The position numbers and the translations under genes are program-made. Of a DNA stretch of 64,000 nt, positions 46,657 to 53,886 are shown one piece after another. Position 1 is the stretch's first letter; every line of letters starts with the position of its first letter. Source of the DNA: a phage; NCBI GenBank assembly GCA_029944565.1, contig GCA_029944565.1_4115.1. The stretch is one strand, 5' to 3'. The notes under the pieces are model-generated. The model saw nothing but the letters and a program-made list of their open reading frames with translations, ran no database searches and was not told the DNA's origin.

Positions 46657-46709
46657 GTACTTTTTATCAAATACTTTAAAATAGTTTTCAGTACTCAAAC
46701 ATTATACAA

Positions 46710-46792
46710 TAGATACACTCCTGCACCCTGTGGGCTAGTGAGCTATCTCTCAATGATTATATAATAACAAAATGGCTGACCGAAGTCAACCA
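46710..46792 (-). promoter_or_regulatory. conserved intergenic element, copy 4 (promoter TTGACT-17-TATTAT inside UUCG hairpin, then core)
   Basis: core at 46710-46755; hairpin tggctgac-cgaa-gtcaacca. Confidence 0.5.
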
Positions 46793-46802
46793 CTTTTTTC
46801 AT

Positions 46803-46937
46803 TTATTTTTTAGCTTTAAGTACTGCGGCCTTTCGTGTCATGCCTTGCTTGATGTATTCCTGTACTTTCGCTTTACGTGCTTTAGCTTTATCTGCTTTAG
46901 TTTTAGGAGTACTGTAAACTATACCGTTAGGATTCAT
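46803..46937 (-). CDS. small basic hypothetical protein (44 aa)
   Basis: Lys/Ala-rich; follows stop of upstream micro-ORF directly. Confidence 0.35.
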   Translation of the reverse strand: MNPNGIVYSTPKTKADKAKARKAKVQEYIKQGMTRKAAVLKAKK

Positions 46938-47027
46938 TTAAATCACCATAAAGAATAGATAGGTTACTAACAACGCCGCGATCAATGCACCGACCAGGGC
47001 CGAACTGTAATAAGCTAAGGATCTCAT
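46938..47027 (-). CDS. hydrophobic micro-protein (29 aa, MRSLAYYSSALVGALIAALLV...)
   Basis: ATGA overlap with 47024..47176; single predicted TM helix. Confidence 0.35.
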   Translation of the reverse strand: MRSLAYYSSALVGALIAALLVTYLFFMVI

Positions 47028-47176
47028 TTTTTAGCCTGAAAATAATGTTTAATTTGTGCGGCGGTCAGTGCACAATTACGCAGGAAGTTTTCTGTATAAC
47101 TGCGGCGAGTATTAAAAGAGAATTGACCTTTACCGTTACCGATAGTTACATCCATCCGAGCGTTGTATTGTTTCAT
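47024..47176 (-). CDS. small hypothetical protein (50 aa)
   Basis: start MKQYNARMDV with SD aggag; track ORF extended through leader hairpin. Confidence 0.5.
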   Translation of the reverse strand: MKQYNARMDVTIGNGKGQFSFNTRRSYTENFLRNCALTAAQIKHYFQAKK

Positions 47177-47194
47177 TTTGTATCTCCTGTTATC

Positions 47195-47254
47195 GGGGAG
47201 AATCATTTCTCCCCTTCATGTAAAACATTATACAGTACTAAAAACTAATTGCAA
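47195..47254 (-). promoter_or_regulatory. early promoter (TTGCAA-16-TATAAT) plus leader hairpin
   Basis: hairpin ggggagaa-tcat-ttctcccc. Confidence 0.65.
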
Positions 47255-47257
47255 GTA

Positions 47258-47500
47258 TTATTTTAAACTTTGTGCGACTAATTTCGCACGGTCAATCATA
47301 TACTGCCATTTTTGGATCTCTTCTGGCAGAAAACGATATTCACCAATAACAATAGTGATACACTTTTCAGCTTGGTCAATGTATGTAGTATCAATCTCGA
47401 CTTGAACGGGTACACGTTCGCCGTATTCAGTCCCTGGGATAATGCAATCATTATCATAAGTTACAGTAGTAGTAGTGTCTTTGATTAAAATTGTTTCCAT
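47258..47500 (-). CDS. hypothetical protein
   Basis: 80-aa ORF. Confidence 0.6.
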   Translation of the reverse strand: METILIKDTTTTVTYDNDCIIPGTEYGERVPVQVEIDTTYIDQAEKCITIVIGEYRFLPEEIQKWQYMIDRAKLVAQSLK

Positions 47501-47523
47501 TATACTTTCCTCGTTAGGTGTAA

Positions 47524-47579
47524 GGGGAACGTTTTCCCCTTCATGTAAAACATTATACAGTACTGAAAACTAATTGCAA
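47524..47579 (-). promoter_or_regulatory. early promoter (TTGCAA-16-TATAAT) plus leader hairpin
   Basis: hairpin ggggaa-cgtt-ttcccc. Confidence 0.65.
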
Positions 47580-47779
47580 GTACTTTCCGAAAGTAAATGC
47601 TCATACGCTGCATTAACTACATTTTCAATAACCGACTGTACAGAAAGATCCCCCACGTCCTGGCTATAGTAGAAATTGCTTACAGTGGTGTCATCGTATG
47701 CAAATACTTTACCAGGTACTGCATCAATCACATACATATTAACCTTTAAGATGTCGATCTTATCCTGTACAGTAAGCAT
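47570..47779 (-). CDS. hypothetical protein
   Basis: 69-aa ORF. Confidence 0.5.
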   Translation of the reverse strand: MLTVQDKIDILKVNMYVIDAVPGKVFAYDDTTVSNFYYSQDVGDLSVQSVIENVVNAAYEHLLSESTCN

Positions 47780-47784
47780 ATTAA

Positions 47785-48057
47785 TTAACCTTTTAAGTAC
47801 TGGCTTAAGTAGTCTTTTTGATCTTCGGTGATTGCAGTCATCTTCCCTAGTACTGGATTGATGATATAATCCCCTGTAACGTCCTGTAACGCATTCTCAG
47901 GCGGTTTAACGGCTGGGGTAGCCATAGCCATTGCCTGGACTTGTTCGACGCTGTAACGCTCATAAAGGCGGCATTCTTCCGGTGTTAACATAGCATCAGT
48001 ACGCTTCATCGGTTTAATGATGCTTTCGATCTCATTCAGTACTTGATTAACGTTCAT
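47785..48057 (-). CDS. hypothetical protein
   Basis: 90-aa ORF. Confidence 0.55.
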   Translation of the reverse strand: MNVNQVLNEIESIIKPMKRTDAMLTPEECRLYERYSVEQVQAMAMATPAVKPPENALQDVTGDYIINPVLGKMTAITEDQKDYLSQYLKG

Positions 48058-48108
48058 GGTATAATCCCCAATATAAGCGGCCTAAATCGACCGCTAACGA
48101 TGTTTTGA

Positions 48109-48378
48109 TTAATAGGTGTAAGGTTGACGCTCAAACAATGATTGTACGCTGTACGCCCCGCTAATGGGCTTCGCTGGCAAATCAATTTTATATTGTTCAC
48201 GCTTAAAGATAATAAAACGGCAATTGTTTTTAACATCAAAATTGATTGAACGTTCCAGGAGTTTTCCATCGTGCACAAATACAAGATAACCGCTTGGTAC
48301 TTGTTTTGTAGAACTGGTTGCAACCATAGACCGACGAACATGTGTACCTGCATCGATTAAAGTACTGATATTTTTCAT
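48109..48378 (-). CDS. hypothetical protein
   Basis: 89-aa ORF with SD gagga; preferred over overlapping ORF 48054..48353. Confidence 0.5.
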   Translation of the reverse strand: MKNISTLIDAGTHVRRSMVATSSTKQVPSGYLVFVHDGKLLERSINFDVKNNCRFIIFKREQYKIDLPAKPISGAYSVQSLFERQPYTY

Positions 48379-48458
48379 TTTACTATCCTCTTAAGTTGAT
48401 TTAATTTCTTTCCCCTATGCAGACACTGTATCAAAGTATCTGCATAAAGTAAAGCTAA

Positions 48459-48782
48459 TTAAAGATCTTTTTTACGTTTTACATCCTGTACAGTACAATG
48501 CAACGGGATAGACAAATCATTACACAAACGAGTAAGGGAGGTTTCAACAGTATCAAGCCCGTCTACTGATTCCTTTAAGAGATCAAACGCCGTTTGTTGA
48601 TATGCATCTTCATAGCCATAAGTAAATGATTCAACCGCCAGATCATTCAAACCGTTATCCAGTTCAACGCTTACATGACAAGAATGATAAGTATTGCCAT
48701 ATGAATCAGTCCAACGTTTACCGTCAACATTGATTGCATGGATTGCAGCCAGGGAAACGGTATTGATGATAGTTTTAGCCAT
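48459..48782 (-). CDS. hypothetical protein (paralog of 41499..41822)
   Basis: shared RWTDSYGNTYHSC, FTYGY, DVKRKKD. Confidence 0.6.
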   Translation of the reverse strand: MAKTIINTVSLAAIHAINVDGKRWTDSYGNTYHSCHVSVELDNGLNDLAVESFTYGYEDAYQQTAFDLLKESVDGLDTVETSLTRLCNDLSIPLHCTVQDVKRKKDL

Positions 48783-48825
48783 TTTAGTATTCCTTAAATT
48801 AATATGTGTCGTCTTGATAAAATCT

Positions 48826-48854
48826 ATTATGCCAGTACTATCAAACTATGTCAA
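48826..48854 (-). promoter_or_regulatory. early promoter (TTGACA-17-CATAAT)
   Basis: hexamers on minus strand. Confidence 0.55.
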
Positions 48855-48873
48855 TAGTACTGTGATAATATTT

Positions 48874-49086
48874 TTACTTACTTTCTTTCGCTGCTTTATA
48901 TGTTGCCACTGCCATAACCACATCAGCACGAACAAAGTTTTTAACCGTGTCACTGTAATAATTGATCGCATCATCTATATCTGCGAACGTCCGATACATA
49001 CCGCACCAAGATACTTTATAACCTTCTTTCACTTCTGCCAGTTTAACGATAGTCTTGTTAACTTTGATTTTAGTAATGATAGCCAT
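48874..49086 (-). CDS. hypothetical protein
   Basis: start MAIITKIKV; track ORF extended through leader. Confidence 0.55.
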   Translation of the reverse strand: MAIITKIKVNKTIVKLAEVKEGYKVSWCGMYRTFADIDDAINYYSDTVKNFVRADVVMAVATYKAAKESK

Positions 49087-49105
49087 TTTAGTTTCCTCAT
49101 TATCA

Positions 49106-49164
49106 GGGAGAACCATTTCTCCCCTTGATGTAATGTATTATACTTTATTCGATTTACTTTGCAA
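49106..49164 (-). promoter_or_regulatory. early promoter (TTGCAA-16-TATAAT) plus leader hairpin
   Basis: hairpin gggagaaccatttctcccc. Confidence 0.65.
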
Positions 49165-49173
49165 GTACTTTTT

Positions 49174-49401
49174 TTAATTTAATTCATCCAGGCAAAGGAT
49201 ACGCTCAACGCCCAAATCAGTTAAACTAATCGACGGCACTTGATAGGTTTCAATGTATGCTACACTTGCCCACTGACCGAACTCATTAACGGCCCAGGTA
49301 TTCATTGCATTTTGCAATTCCGCACCTGCCTTGTTAGTAATGACTGCAACTACTTGTTCGTTGCCAGTAGTACCAGATACGCGAGTAATGATAATAGCCA
49401 T
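49174..49401 (-). CDS. hypothetical protein
   Basis: start MAIIITRVSG. Confidence 0.55.
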   Translation of the reverse strand: MAIIITRVSGTTGNEQVVAVITNKAGAELQNAMNTWAVNEFGQWASVAYIETYQVPSISLTDLGVERILCLDELN

Positions 49402-49421
49402 TGTTTTGATTCCTTTGATTT

Positions 49422-49484
49422 GGAAGGAGAACCGTTTCCCCCTCTCGATGTAAAACATTATACGCTAATCTCTTAATCGTGCAA
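49422..49484 (-). promoter_or_regulatory. early promoter (TTGCAC-16-TATAAT) plus leader hairpin
   Basis: hexamers and hairpin ggagaaccgtttcccc. Confidence 0.6.
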
Positions 49485-49549
49485 GTACTTTTTATTACTT
49501 TTTGCAAAATACTTTAAACGCTCTCAATCGCATTCTAACGACCTTAACG

Positions 49550-49557
49550 CCACCAGC
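49550..49557. other. Chi octamer (CCACCAGC)
   Basis: exact 8-mer; partner in opposite orientation at 49612. Confidence 0.5.
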
Positions 49558-49611
49558 TAGGGCGATGTATCAGATAATCAGTTTAATGCGTTAGAATCGA
49601 TTCTAGGCGGT

Positions 49612-49619
49612 GCTGGTGG
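49612..49619. other. Chi octamer (GCTGGTGG)
   Basis: exact 8-mer. Confidence 0.5.
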
Positions 49620-49635
49620 ACTGGAATACTACAGA

Positions 49636-49666
49636 CACAAAAAAGCCCACTGTTTAAGGTGGGCTA
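49636..49666 (-). terminator. rho-independent terminator
   Basis: hairpin agcccac-tgtttaag-gtgggct followed by UUUUUUGUGU on minus strand. Confidence 0.65.
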
Positions 49667-49686
49667 GTGATTCAGTACTTTAATTG

Positions 49687-50169
49687 TTATGCTTCAACTT
49701 TGCGATGAGCTTCGATCCATTCCTCGCGAGTCATACCGCTTTCTTTGATAGCGTCCAGTACTACCGCAATGCAGTTACCGCGTACAGGAATCATATGTTC
49801 TTCCCCGTTATCAAGTACTACAGTAACACGTTCTTGAATCCATTTTTTAGGTTTAGATTCTGGCTTATCTTCACCATACTTAACCGCCAGGGCTTTATGT
49901 GCCATTTCTACAACTACTTCCAGATCCAATCCAGCCACCGCCGCCTGGATACTTTCGATTGTTGCTTGCAGTTCGGCTTCACGGGCTTTTTTCTGTTCTT
50001 CCAGTTCTGCTACCTTTTTGGCTTGCAGTTCTTTAGCTTCACTGTACGCAATGTTAAAATTGTTGCGTACTGCTTTCATGGTATCGTTATCCAGGTCAGC
50101 CAACAATTCAGCAGCAATAACAGTATCGTTTGAAATCAGTGCTTTCAGGAATGATTTTACATTAGCCAT
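49687..50169 (-). CDS. hypothetical protein with central coiled-coil-like segment
   Basis: start MANVKSFLKAL with SD gagga; Ala/Glu/Lys-rich heptad-like middle. Confidence 0.6.
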   Translation of the reverse strand: MANVKSFLKALISNDTVIAAELLADLDNDTMKAVRNNFNIAYSEAKELQAKKVAELEEQKKAREAELQATIESIQAAVAGLDLEVVVEMAHKALAVKYGEDKPESKPKKWIQERVTVVLDNGEEHMIPVRGNCIAVVLDAIKESGMTREEWIEAHRKVEA

Positions 50170-50292
50170 TTTATAAATCCTCAATTAAAGTTTAGTTTAC
50201 GTTTATTAGTGTATCAAAGTTTTATCGACGTGTCCAGTTTTTCGTTCGACTTACTGGCGGTCTACTTAGTGCTCCCCGTCTTGATGTAATAC

Positions 50293-50320
50293 ATTCTACG
50301 CCTTTTTGTGGTAATGTCAA
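50293..50320 (-). promoter_or_regulatory. promoter (TTGACA-16-TAGAAT) with ~110-nt leader
   Basis: leader starts ...catcaagacgg... like other conserved-core transcripts. Confidence 0.5.
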
Positions 50321-50369
50321 CTACTATTTTAAAACTATTTTTAAAGTATGCAGTACTACGATAATACAA

Positions 50370-50401
50370 AAACAAAAAAGCCCACTGTTTAAGGTGGGCT
50401 A
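50370..50401 (-). terminator. rho-independent terminator (identical copy of 49636..49666)
   Basis: same hairpin agcccactgtttaaggtgggct plus U-run. Confidence 0.65.
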
Positions 50402-50417
50402 GTGATTCAGTACTATA

Positions 50418-50717
50418 TTATAAACAGTTAATTACTCCGGTGTGCGTTACTTTCTCAGTATCCATAACCGTGACCGATCCACGCTTAGTACTTACATCGT
50501 AATAAATTGTCGTGCTACCTTTTTCGTCTTCTTCATGGAACGGGCCGCTTTTAAATGCTTCTGGCTGGATCTCTAAATCCTTTAAAACAATCTCGCCAGT
50601 ACTTTCATCTGTCATCGCAACAGTGCACTGAATGAATTTTTCACTACTTACATCTAACGACGCATTAACAGCGAAAGAGGAAACAGATAAAGCCAGGGCG
50701 ATGATTGCAATTTTCAT
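50418..50717 (-). CDS. secreted/periplasmic protein (predicted signal peptide)
   Basis: N-terminus MKIAIIALALSVSSFAVNA with AxA-type cleavage site. Confidence 0.55.
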   Translation of the reverse strand: MKIAIIALALSVSSFAVNASLDVSSEKFIQCTVAMTDESTGEIVLKDLEIQPEAFKSGPFHEEDEKGSTTIYYDVSTKRGSVTVMDTEKVTHTGVINCL

Positions 50718-50728
50718 TTGATTATCCT

Positions 50729-50796
50729 TAGTTACCAGGGGGAACCGCTCCCCCGTGCGATGTAAAATATTGTACAGTACTAAAAACTAATTGCAA
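50729..50796 (-). promoter_or_regulatory. early promoter (TTGCAA-16-TACAAT) plus leader hairpin
   Basis: hairpin ggggga-accgc-tccccc. Confidence 0.6.
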
Positions 50797-50801
50797 GTAC
50801 T

Positions 50802-51038
50802 TTATGATTTTTTATAAAACATTTCGGCAGTAATATTTTTACCCGTTGGTTGTACTTTATCCAGAATTTTTTGATGCCCTGGCCGTCCAAATGAATATGA
50901 TCCGTAAACCGTAAACCAGTAGTTACCCTCAGTGTTTACATGTACAGCACAATAGGGAACGCCCCGCGATTCATCACCAATAAAGTGTGATACCGTTCCC
51001 GTTACATTAGCAGACGTTGATTTGATTTGTTCAAGCAT
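50802..51038 (-). CDS. hypothetical protein
   Basis: 78-aa ORF. Confidence 0.55.
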   Translation of the reverse strand: MLEQIKSTSANVTGTVSHFIGDESRGVPYCAVHVNTEGNYWFTVYGSYSFGRPGHQKILDKVQPTGKNITAEMFYKKS

Positions 51039-51058
51039 TTTCTTATTCCTTAGTTACC

Positions 51059-51114
51059 AGGGGGAACCGCTCCCCCTATGCAAAACATTATACGCGTTTA
51101 AAAACTAATAGCAA
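51059..51114 (-). promoter_or_regulatory. early promoter (TTGCTA-16-TATAAT) plus leader hairpin
   Basis: duplicate of the 50729..50796 block. Confidence 0.6.
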
Positions 51115-51147
51115 GTATTTTAATAAAAAGTATTTGAAAAATAATTG

Positions 51148-51176
51148 TTGACAACTGCATCCAGTACTGGCATAAT
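51148..51176 (+). promoter_or_regulatory. plus-strand promoter (TTGACA-17-CATAAT)
   Basis: hexamers read on plus strand; drives conserved-core transcript. Confidence 0.55.
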
Positions 51177-51182
51177 TACTAC

Positions 51183-51275
51183 ATCAAGACGAAACAGTCA
51201 CTAACCCACCGGGTGCCGAGATCCGTCTATTAAATGATTCAGTACTTAACAATAAAGGGGATCAATCGATCCCCT
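51183..51275 (+). ncRNA. candidate small RNA carrying the conserved promoter-proximal core
   Basis: no ORF; GAC-gaaaca-GTC hairpin then ACTAACCCACCGGGTGC; ends at hairpin ggggatc-aatc-gatcccc. Confidence 0.35.
51248..51275 (-). terminator. candidate rho-independent terminator
   Basis: same hairpin read on minus strand is followed by UUUAUUGUU after stop of 51281..51502. Confidence 0.45.
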
Positions 51276-51280
51276 ATGTA

Positions 51281-51502
51281 TTACTTAGTAAGGTATAAAC
51301 AGAAGTCACCTTTATTTGCTACGCCGCCAGTGTAACGCGATGAATAGTTAGAAACGTCCTGGACTTCTGCTATTACCAGTGTATCATCATTCAATTCGTC
51401 GCAGAAGCAAACGGCTGGATCTTTTACGCCGATCTTGTCGGCATGTTCCCGCATAGATTTAACCAGTGCTTCCAGTTGAGAAAGAGTAGTGATATTAGCC
51501 AT
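51281..51502 (-). CDS. hypothetical protein
   Basis: start MANITTLSQ; track ORF extended through leader. Confidence 0.55.
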   Translation of the reverse strand: MANITTLSQLEALVKSMREHADKIGVKDPAVCFCDELNDDTLVIAEVQDVSNYSSRYTGGVANKGDFCLYLTK

Positions 51503-51521
51503 TGTATTTTCCTCATTACCA

Positions 51522-51580
51522 GGGAGAACCATTTCTCCCCTCTATGTAAACTATTATACAGTACTGAAAACTAATTGCAA
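51522..51580 (-). promoter_or_regulatory. early promoter (TTGCAA-16-TATAAT) plus leader hairpin
   Basis: hairpin gggagaaccatttctcccc. Confidence 0.65.
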
Positions 51581-51586
51581 GTACTT

Positions 51587-51775
51587 TTAATTAAATTCCA
51601 TAAAATCATTCTCAACGTGCACAACAATTTGATTGTTTTTAAAGTCCGCAGCGAACTCGATGCAATCATAAACCGCTTTTTGTGTTACAATGCTATGAGT
51701 ACCAATCGGATTAATAGGGGATTGAATTGTTTCAATCTCGTTCCCTTGCTCATTAACAATTAAAATATTAAACAT
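51587..51775 (-). CDS. hypothetical protein
   Basis: 62-aa ORF; SD aggag. Confidence 0.5.
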   Translation of the reverse strand: MFNILIVNEQGNEIETIQSPINPIGTHSIVTQKAVYDCIEFAADFKNNQIVVHVENDFMEFN

Positions 51776-51813
51776 CGCTGTTACTCCTGGGTAGTGTTAA
51801 CTCGATATAAAGT

Positions 51814-51841
51814 ATTATACGCCTTTATTGCTTAGTGTCCA
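51814..51841 (-). promoter_or_regulatory. early promoter (TGGACA-16-TATAAT)
   Basis: hexamers on minus strand. Confidence 0.5.
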
Positions 51842-52038
51842 GTACTTTTTAAAACATATTCATAAACACTACGCACATCATTGATCATCGCCTGGCGGTT
51901 AGCAGGTAACGCACCAGGATCGCCACTATCCCAGGCATTGATAAAACTCCCCAAATCATGAAAGATTTTATTCTGTAAGCCGATTAACTGCAATTCTTTT
52001 TCTTCAAGCTCTTTGATACGGTCAATTAAAAGACTCAT
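51832..52038 (-). CDS. hypothetical protein
   Basis: start MSLLIDRIKE with RBS ctgaggattatcta identical to next gene. Confidence 0.5.
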   Translation of the reverse strand: MSLLIDRIKELEEKELQLIGLQNKIFHDLGSFINAWDSGDPGALPANRQAMINDVRSVYEYVLKSTGH

Positions 52039-52055
52039 TAGATAATCCTCAGTAC

Positions 52056-52337
52056 TTAATTGTAAGATCCGCAACGGTTACAATAGTGCCCGTCTTCCTC
52101 GTCAACGAATTGACCGACGAAATTATCTACTTTCTCTTTGAGATTCTGATAATTGTTTTCAACTTCCTTTAGACGTTCCTGGTAGTATTCCAGGGCTTGC
52201 ACATACGCCGCCTCAGCCGTTTTCGCTCTTAAGGCTAAATTCATGCCACGCGTTTCATCGTACATCCAAAAGCCATCGGTGCACTCACTGATTGACAATG
52301 ATTTGGTTAACACTTTATAGTCAATTACTTTGCTCAT
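52056..52337 (-). CDS. hypothetical protein
   Basis: start MSKVIDYKV; C-terminal CNRCGSYN. Confidence 0.5.
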   Translation of the reverse strand: MSKVIDYKVLTKSLSISECTDGFWMYDETRGMNLALRAKTAEAAYVQALEYYQERLKEVENNYQNLKEKVDNFVGQFVDEEDGHYCNRCGSYN

Positions 52338-52393
52338 TAGATAATCCTCAGTAAAGGCGGGAACCACACCCGCCATTGATTCAGTACTGAATG

Positions 52394-52633
52394 TTACATT
52401 CCAACCATTGCAGCACGGATCGCCGTAGTGCTATACTTGAATCCGTCCGGTGTTGTAGTAGTACCGTTGGCTTTTAATCTGCGGTACATACATTGGGCCG
52501 CAATATCTTTAGTTTTACATTGTGCGATGCAACTTTGAGCAAGCCGATATAATGACTCACCGTTATTAATCCACAATGAAACATTCCAATGAGTTTTGTT
52601 TTTGTGCCCGTTGTAAGTTTTAGTAGTAGCCAT
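52394..52633 (-). CDS. hypothetical protein (paralog of 53077..53316)
   Basis: shared GHKNKTxWNVSLWINN and TPDGFKYSTTAIRAAMVGM. Confidence 0.6.
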   Translation of the reverse strand: MATTKTYNGHKNKTHWNVSLWINNGESLYRLAQSCIAQCKTKDIAAQCMYRRLKANGTTTTPDGFKYSTTAIRAAMVGM

Positions 52634-52655
52634 TTTTAAATCCTCGTTTAATTGA

Positions 52656-52717
52656 GCGGGAGAACCATTCCCCCGCCTCGATATAAAGTATTATACGCTT
52701 TTAAACTTAGTTTGCAA
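52656..52717 (-). promoter_or_regulatory. early promoter (TTGCAA-16-TATAAT) plus leader hairpin
   Basis: hairpin gcgggagaaccattcccccgc. Confidence 0.65.
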
Positions 52718-52724
52718 GTACTTT

Positions 52725-52991
52725 TTATTCAAGTACTGCGATCTTTTTAATACGGTACACGGTCACGCGGTTGCCCTTTCGGTCGAGCTTTATTTCTACC
52801 ACTCGACGCGATACACTATCAGGACTTTTCAACGCCGCTAACCAGTACTGTAATGATCTGGCGGTACTACGCTTTACAATGGCCCAACGTTTACCACGTT
52901 CCGATTGTACGCCCATATCTTTAAACGTTGCCCCGTCCTGGCGTGCGGCGATCCGAGCTTGTTCACGCGTCGCAAAATACTTAATATTCAT
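52725..52991 (-). CDS. hypothetical protein (paralog of 41008..41403)
   Basis: shared FATREQARIAAR and DRKGNRVTVY; start MNIKYFATRE. Confidence 0.6.
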   Translation of the reverse strand: MNIKYFATREQARIAARQDGATFKDMGVQSERGKRWAIVKRSTARSLQYWLAALKSPDSVSRRVVEIKLDRKGNRVTVYRIKKIAVLE

Positions 52992-53022
52992 GCTGTTGCC
53001 CTTATCGTTGGTGTATGAATAA

Positions 53023-53060
53023 AACACTATTATAAAGTACTATCGCAAAAAATGATAGTA
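53023..53060. promoter_or_regulatory. perfect palindrome AGTACTATC-N9-GATAGTACT next to a -10-like TATAAT
   Basis: 9-bp inverted arms upstream of 52725..52991; candidate operator. Confidence 0.35.
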
Positions 53061-53076
53061 CTTTAAATCTATTCTA

Positions 53077-53316
53077 TTACATTCCAACCATTGCAGCACG
53101 GATCGCCGTAGTACTGTACTTGAATCCGTCCGGCGTTTTATCTTGTCCAGTCTGTTCTAAAAATAGCATCATATGACGGGCCGCATCATTGCGATTAGTG
53201 TTAGCGGCAATAAAGTCCTGGGCCAACCGGTATAATGATTCATCGTTATTAATCCAAAGGCTTACATTCCATTGAGTTTTGTTTTTGTGACCTAAGAACA
53301 TTTTTGATTTAGCCAT
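53077..53316 (-). CDS. hypothetical protein (paralog of 52394..52633)
   Basis: identical C-terminal 19 aa. Confidence 0.6.
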   Translation of the reverse strand: MAKSKMFLGHKNKTQWNVSLWINNDESLYRLAQDFIAANTNRNDAARHMMLFLEQTGQDKTPDGFKYSTTAIRAAMVGM

Positions 53317-53337
53317 TTTTAAATCCTCTTAATTATA

Positions 53338-53396
53338 GTGGGGAACTATTCCCCACCTGATGTAAAACATTATACGCTTTTAAACTTAGTTTGCAA
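53338..53396 (-). promoter_or_regulatory. early promoter (TTGCAA-16-TATAAT) plus leader hairpin
   Basis: hairpin gtgggga-actat-tccccac. Confidence 0.65.
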
Positions 53397-53410
53397 GTAC
53401 TTTTTAAAAC

Positions 53411-53773
53411 TTATTCGTAAATCTTGCCACTGTCAGCCCATACCAGGAAACGAGGCATATTATCCCATGCATCTTGCTTTAAATTTAAACCGTGTAATAC
53501 TTCTGTACTTTCCATTCCTGGTACTGGTTTACTATACACCGCAAATAGTTCACCCATATACTGATAAGCCATCGTTAAATCACTGGCGATCATCTTATGG
53601 ATCATCGCATCAAGCATCACGGTAGCGGCGTATTGTTCACGCTTAAGCGGTAACATTGCAATAAGTTCCCGATAAGCTGAAATGTGAATTTTTACCGTTT
53701 CAGCCGGAAGACCTTTCATCTCTTCACGGAAGTTAACCAGGTTAGCAATAATTTTATTGATTTGAGTCGCCAT
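53411..53773 (-). CDS. hypothetical protein
   Basis: start MATQINKII; track ORF extended through leader. Confidence 0.6.
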   Translation of the reverse strand: MATQINKIIANLVNFREEMKGLPAETVKIHISAYRELIAMLPLKREQYAATVMLDAMIHKMIASDLTMAYQYMGELFAVYSKPVPGMESTEVLHGLNLKQDAWDNMPRFLVWADSGKIYE

Positions 53774-53797
53774 CGTTTTCATCTCTCTTACAGTGTA

Positions 53798-53856
53798 GCG
53801 GGAAGTGTTCCCGCTCTCGATGTAAAACATTATACGCTTTTAAACATAGTTTGCAA
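53798..53856 (-). promoter_or_regulatory. early promoter (TTGCAA-16-TATAAT) plus leader hairpin
   Basis: hairpin agcggga-agtgt-tcccgct. Confidence 0.65.
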
Positions 53857-53886
53857 GTACTTTCTACATGTACTTTTAAAATAGTT

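Noticed and set aside
36653-46761. T4-type late promoters (TATAAATA) in the conserved core (gcATAAATg)
   Set aside because: The ATAAAT segment is not conserved among copies (cacaaat, ataggt, aggagt), so it does not behave as the conserved promoter element.
48054-48353. ORF 48054..48353 (99 aa) overlapping 48109..48378
   Set aside because: Overlaps the start of 47785..48057 and has no RBS; the alternative frame has an SD and a cleaner hydrophilic product.
35681-53830. N-terminal extensions of early-gene ORFs such as MVLPPKLRSFIM, MVLPQRIRNKIM, MFYIERGKRF
   Set aside because: The extensions are translations of the conserved leader hairpin and SD; the real starts are the internal Met placed 6-9 nt after the SD.
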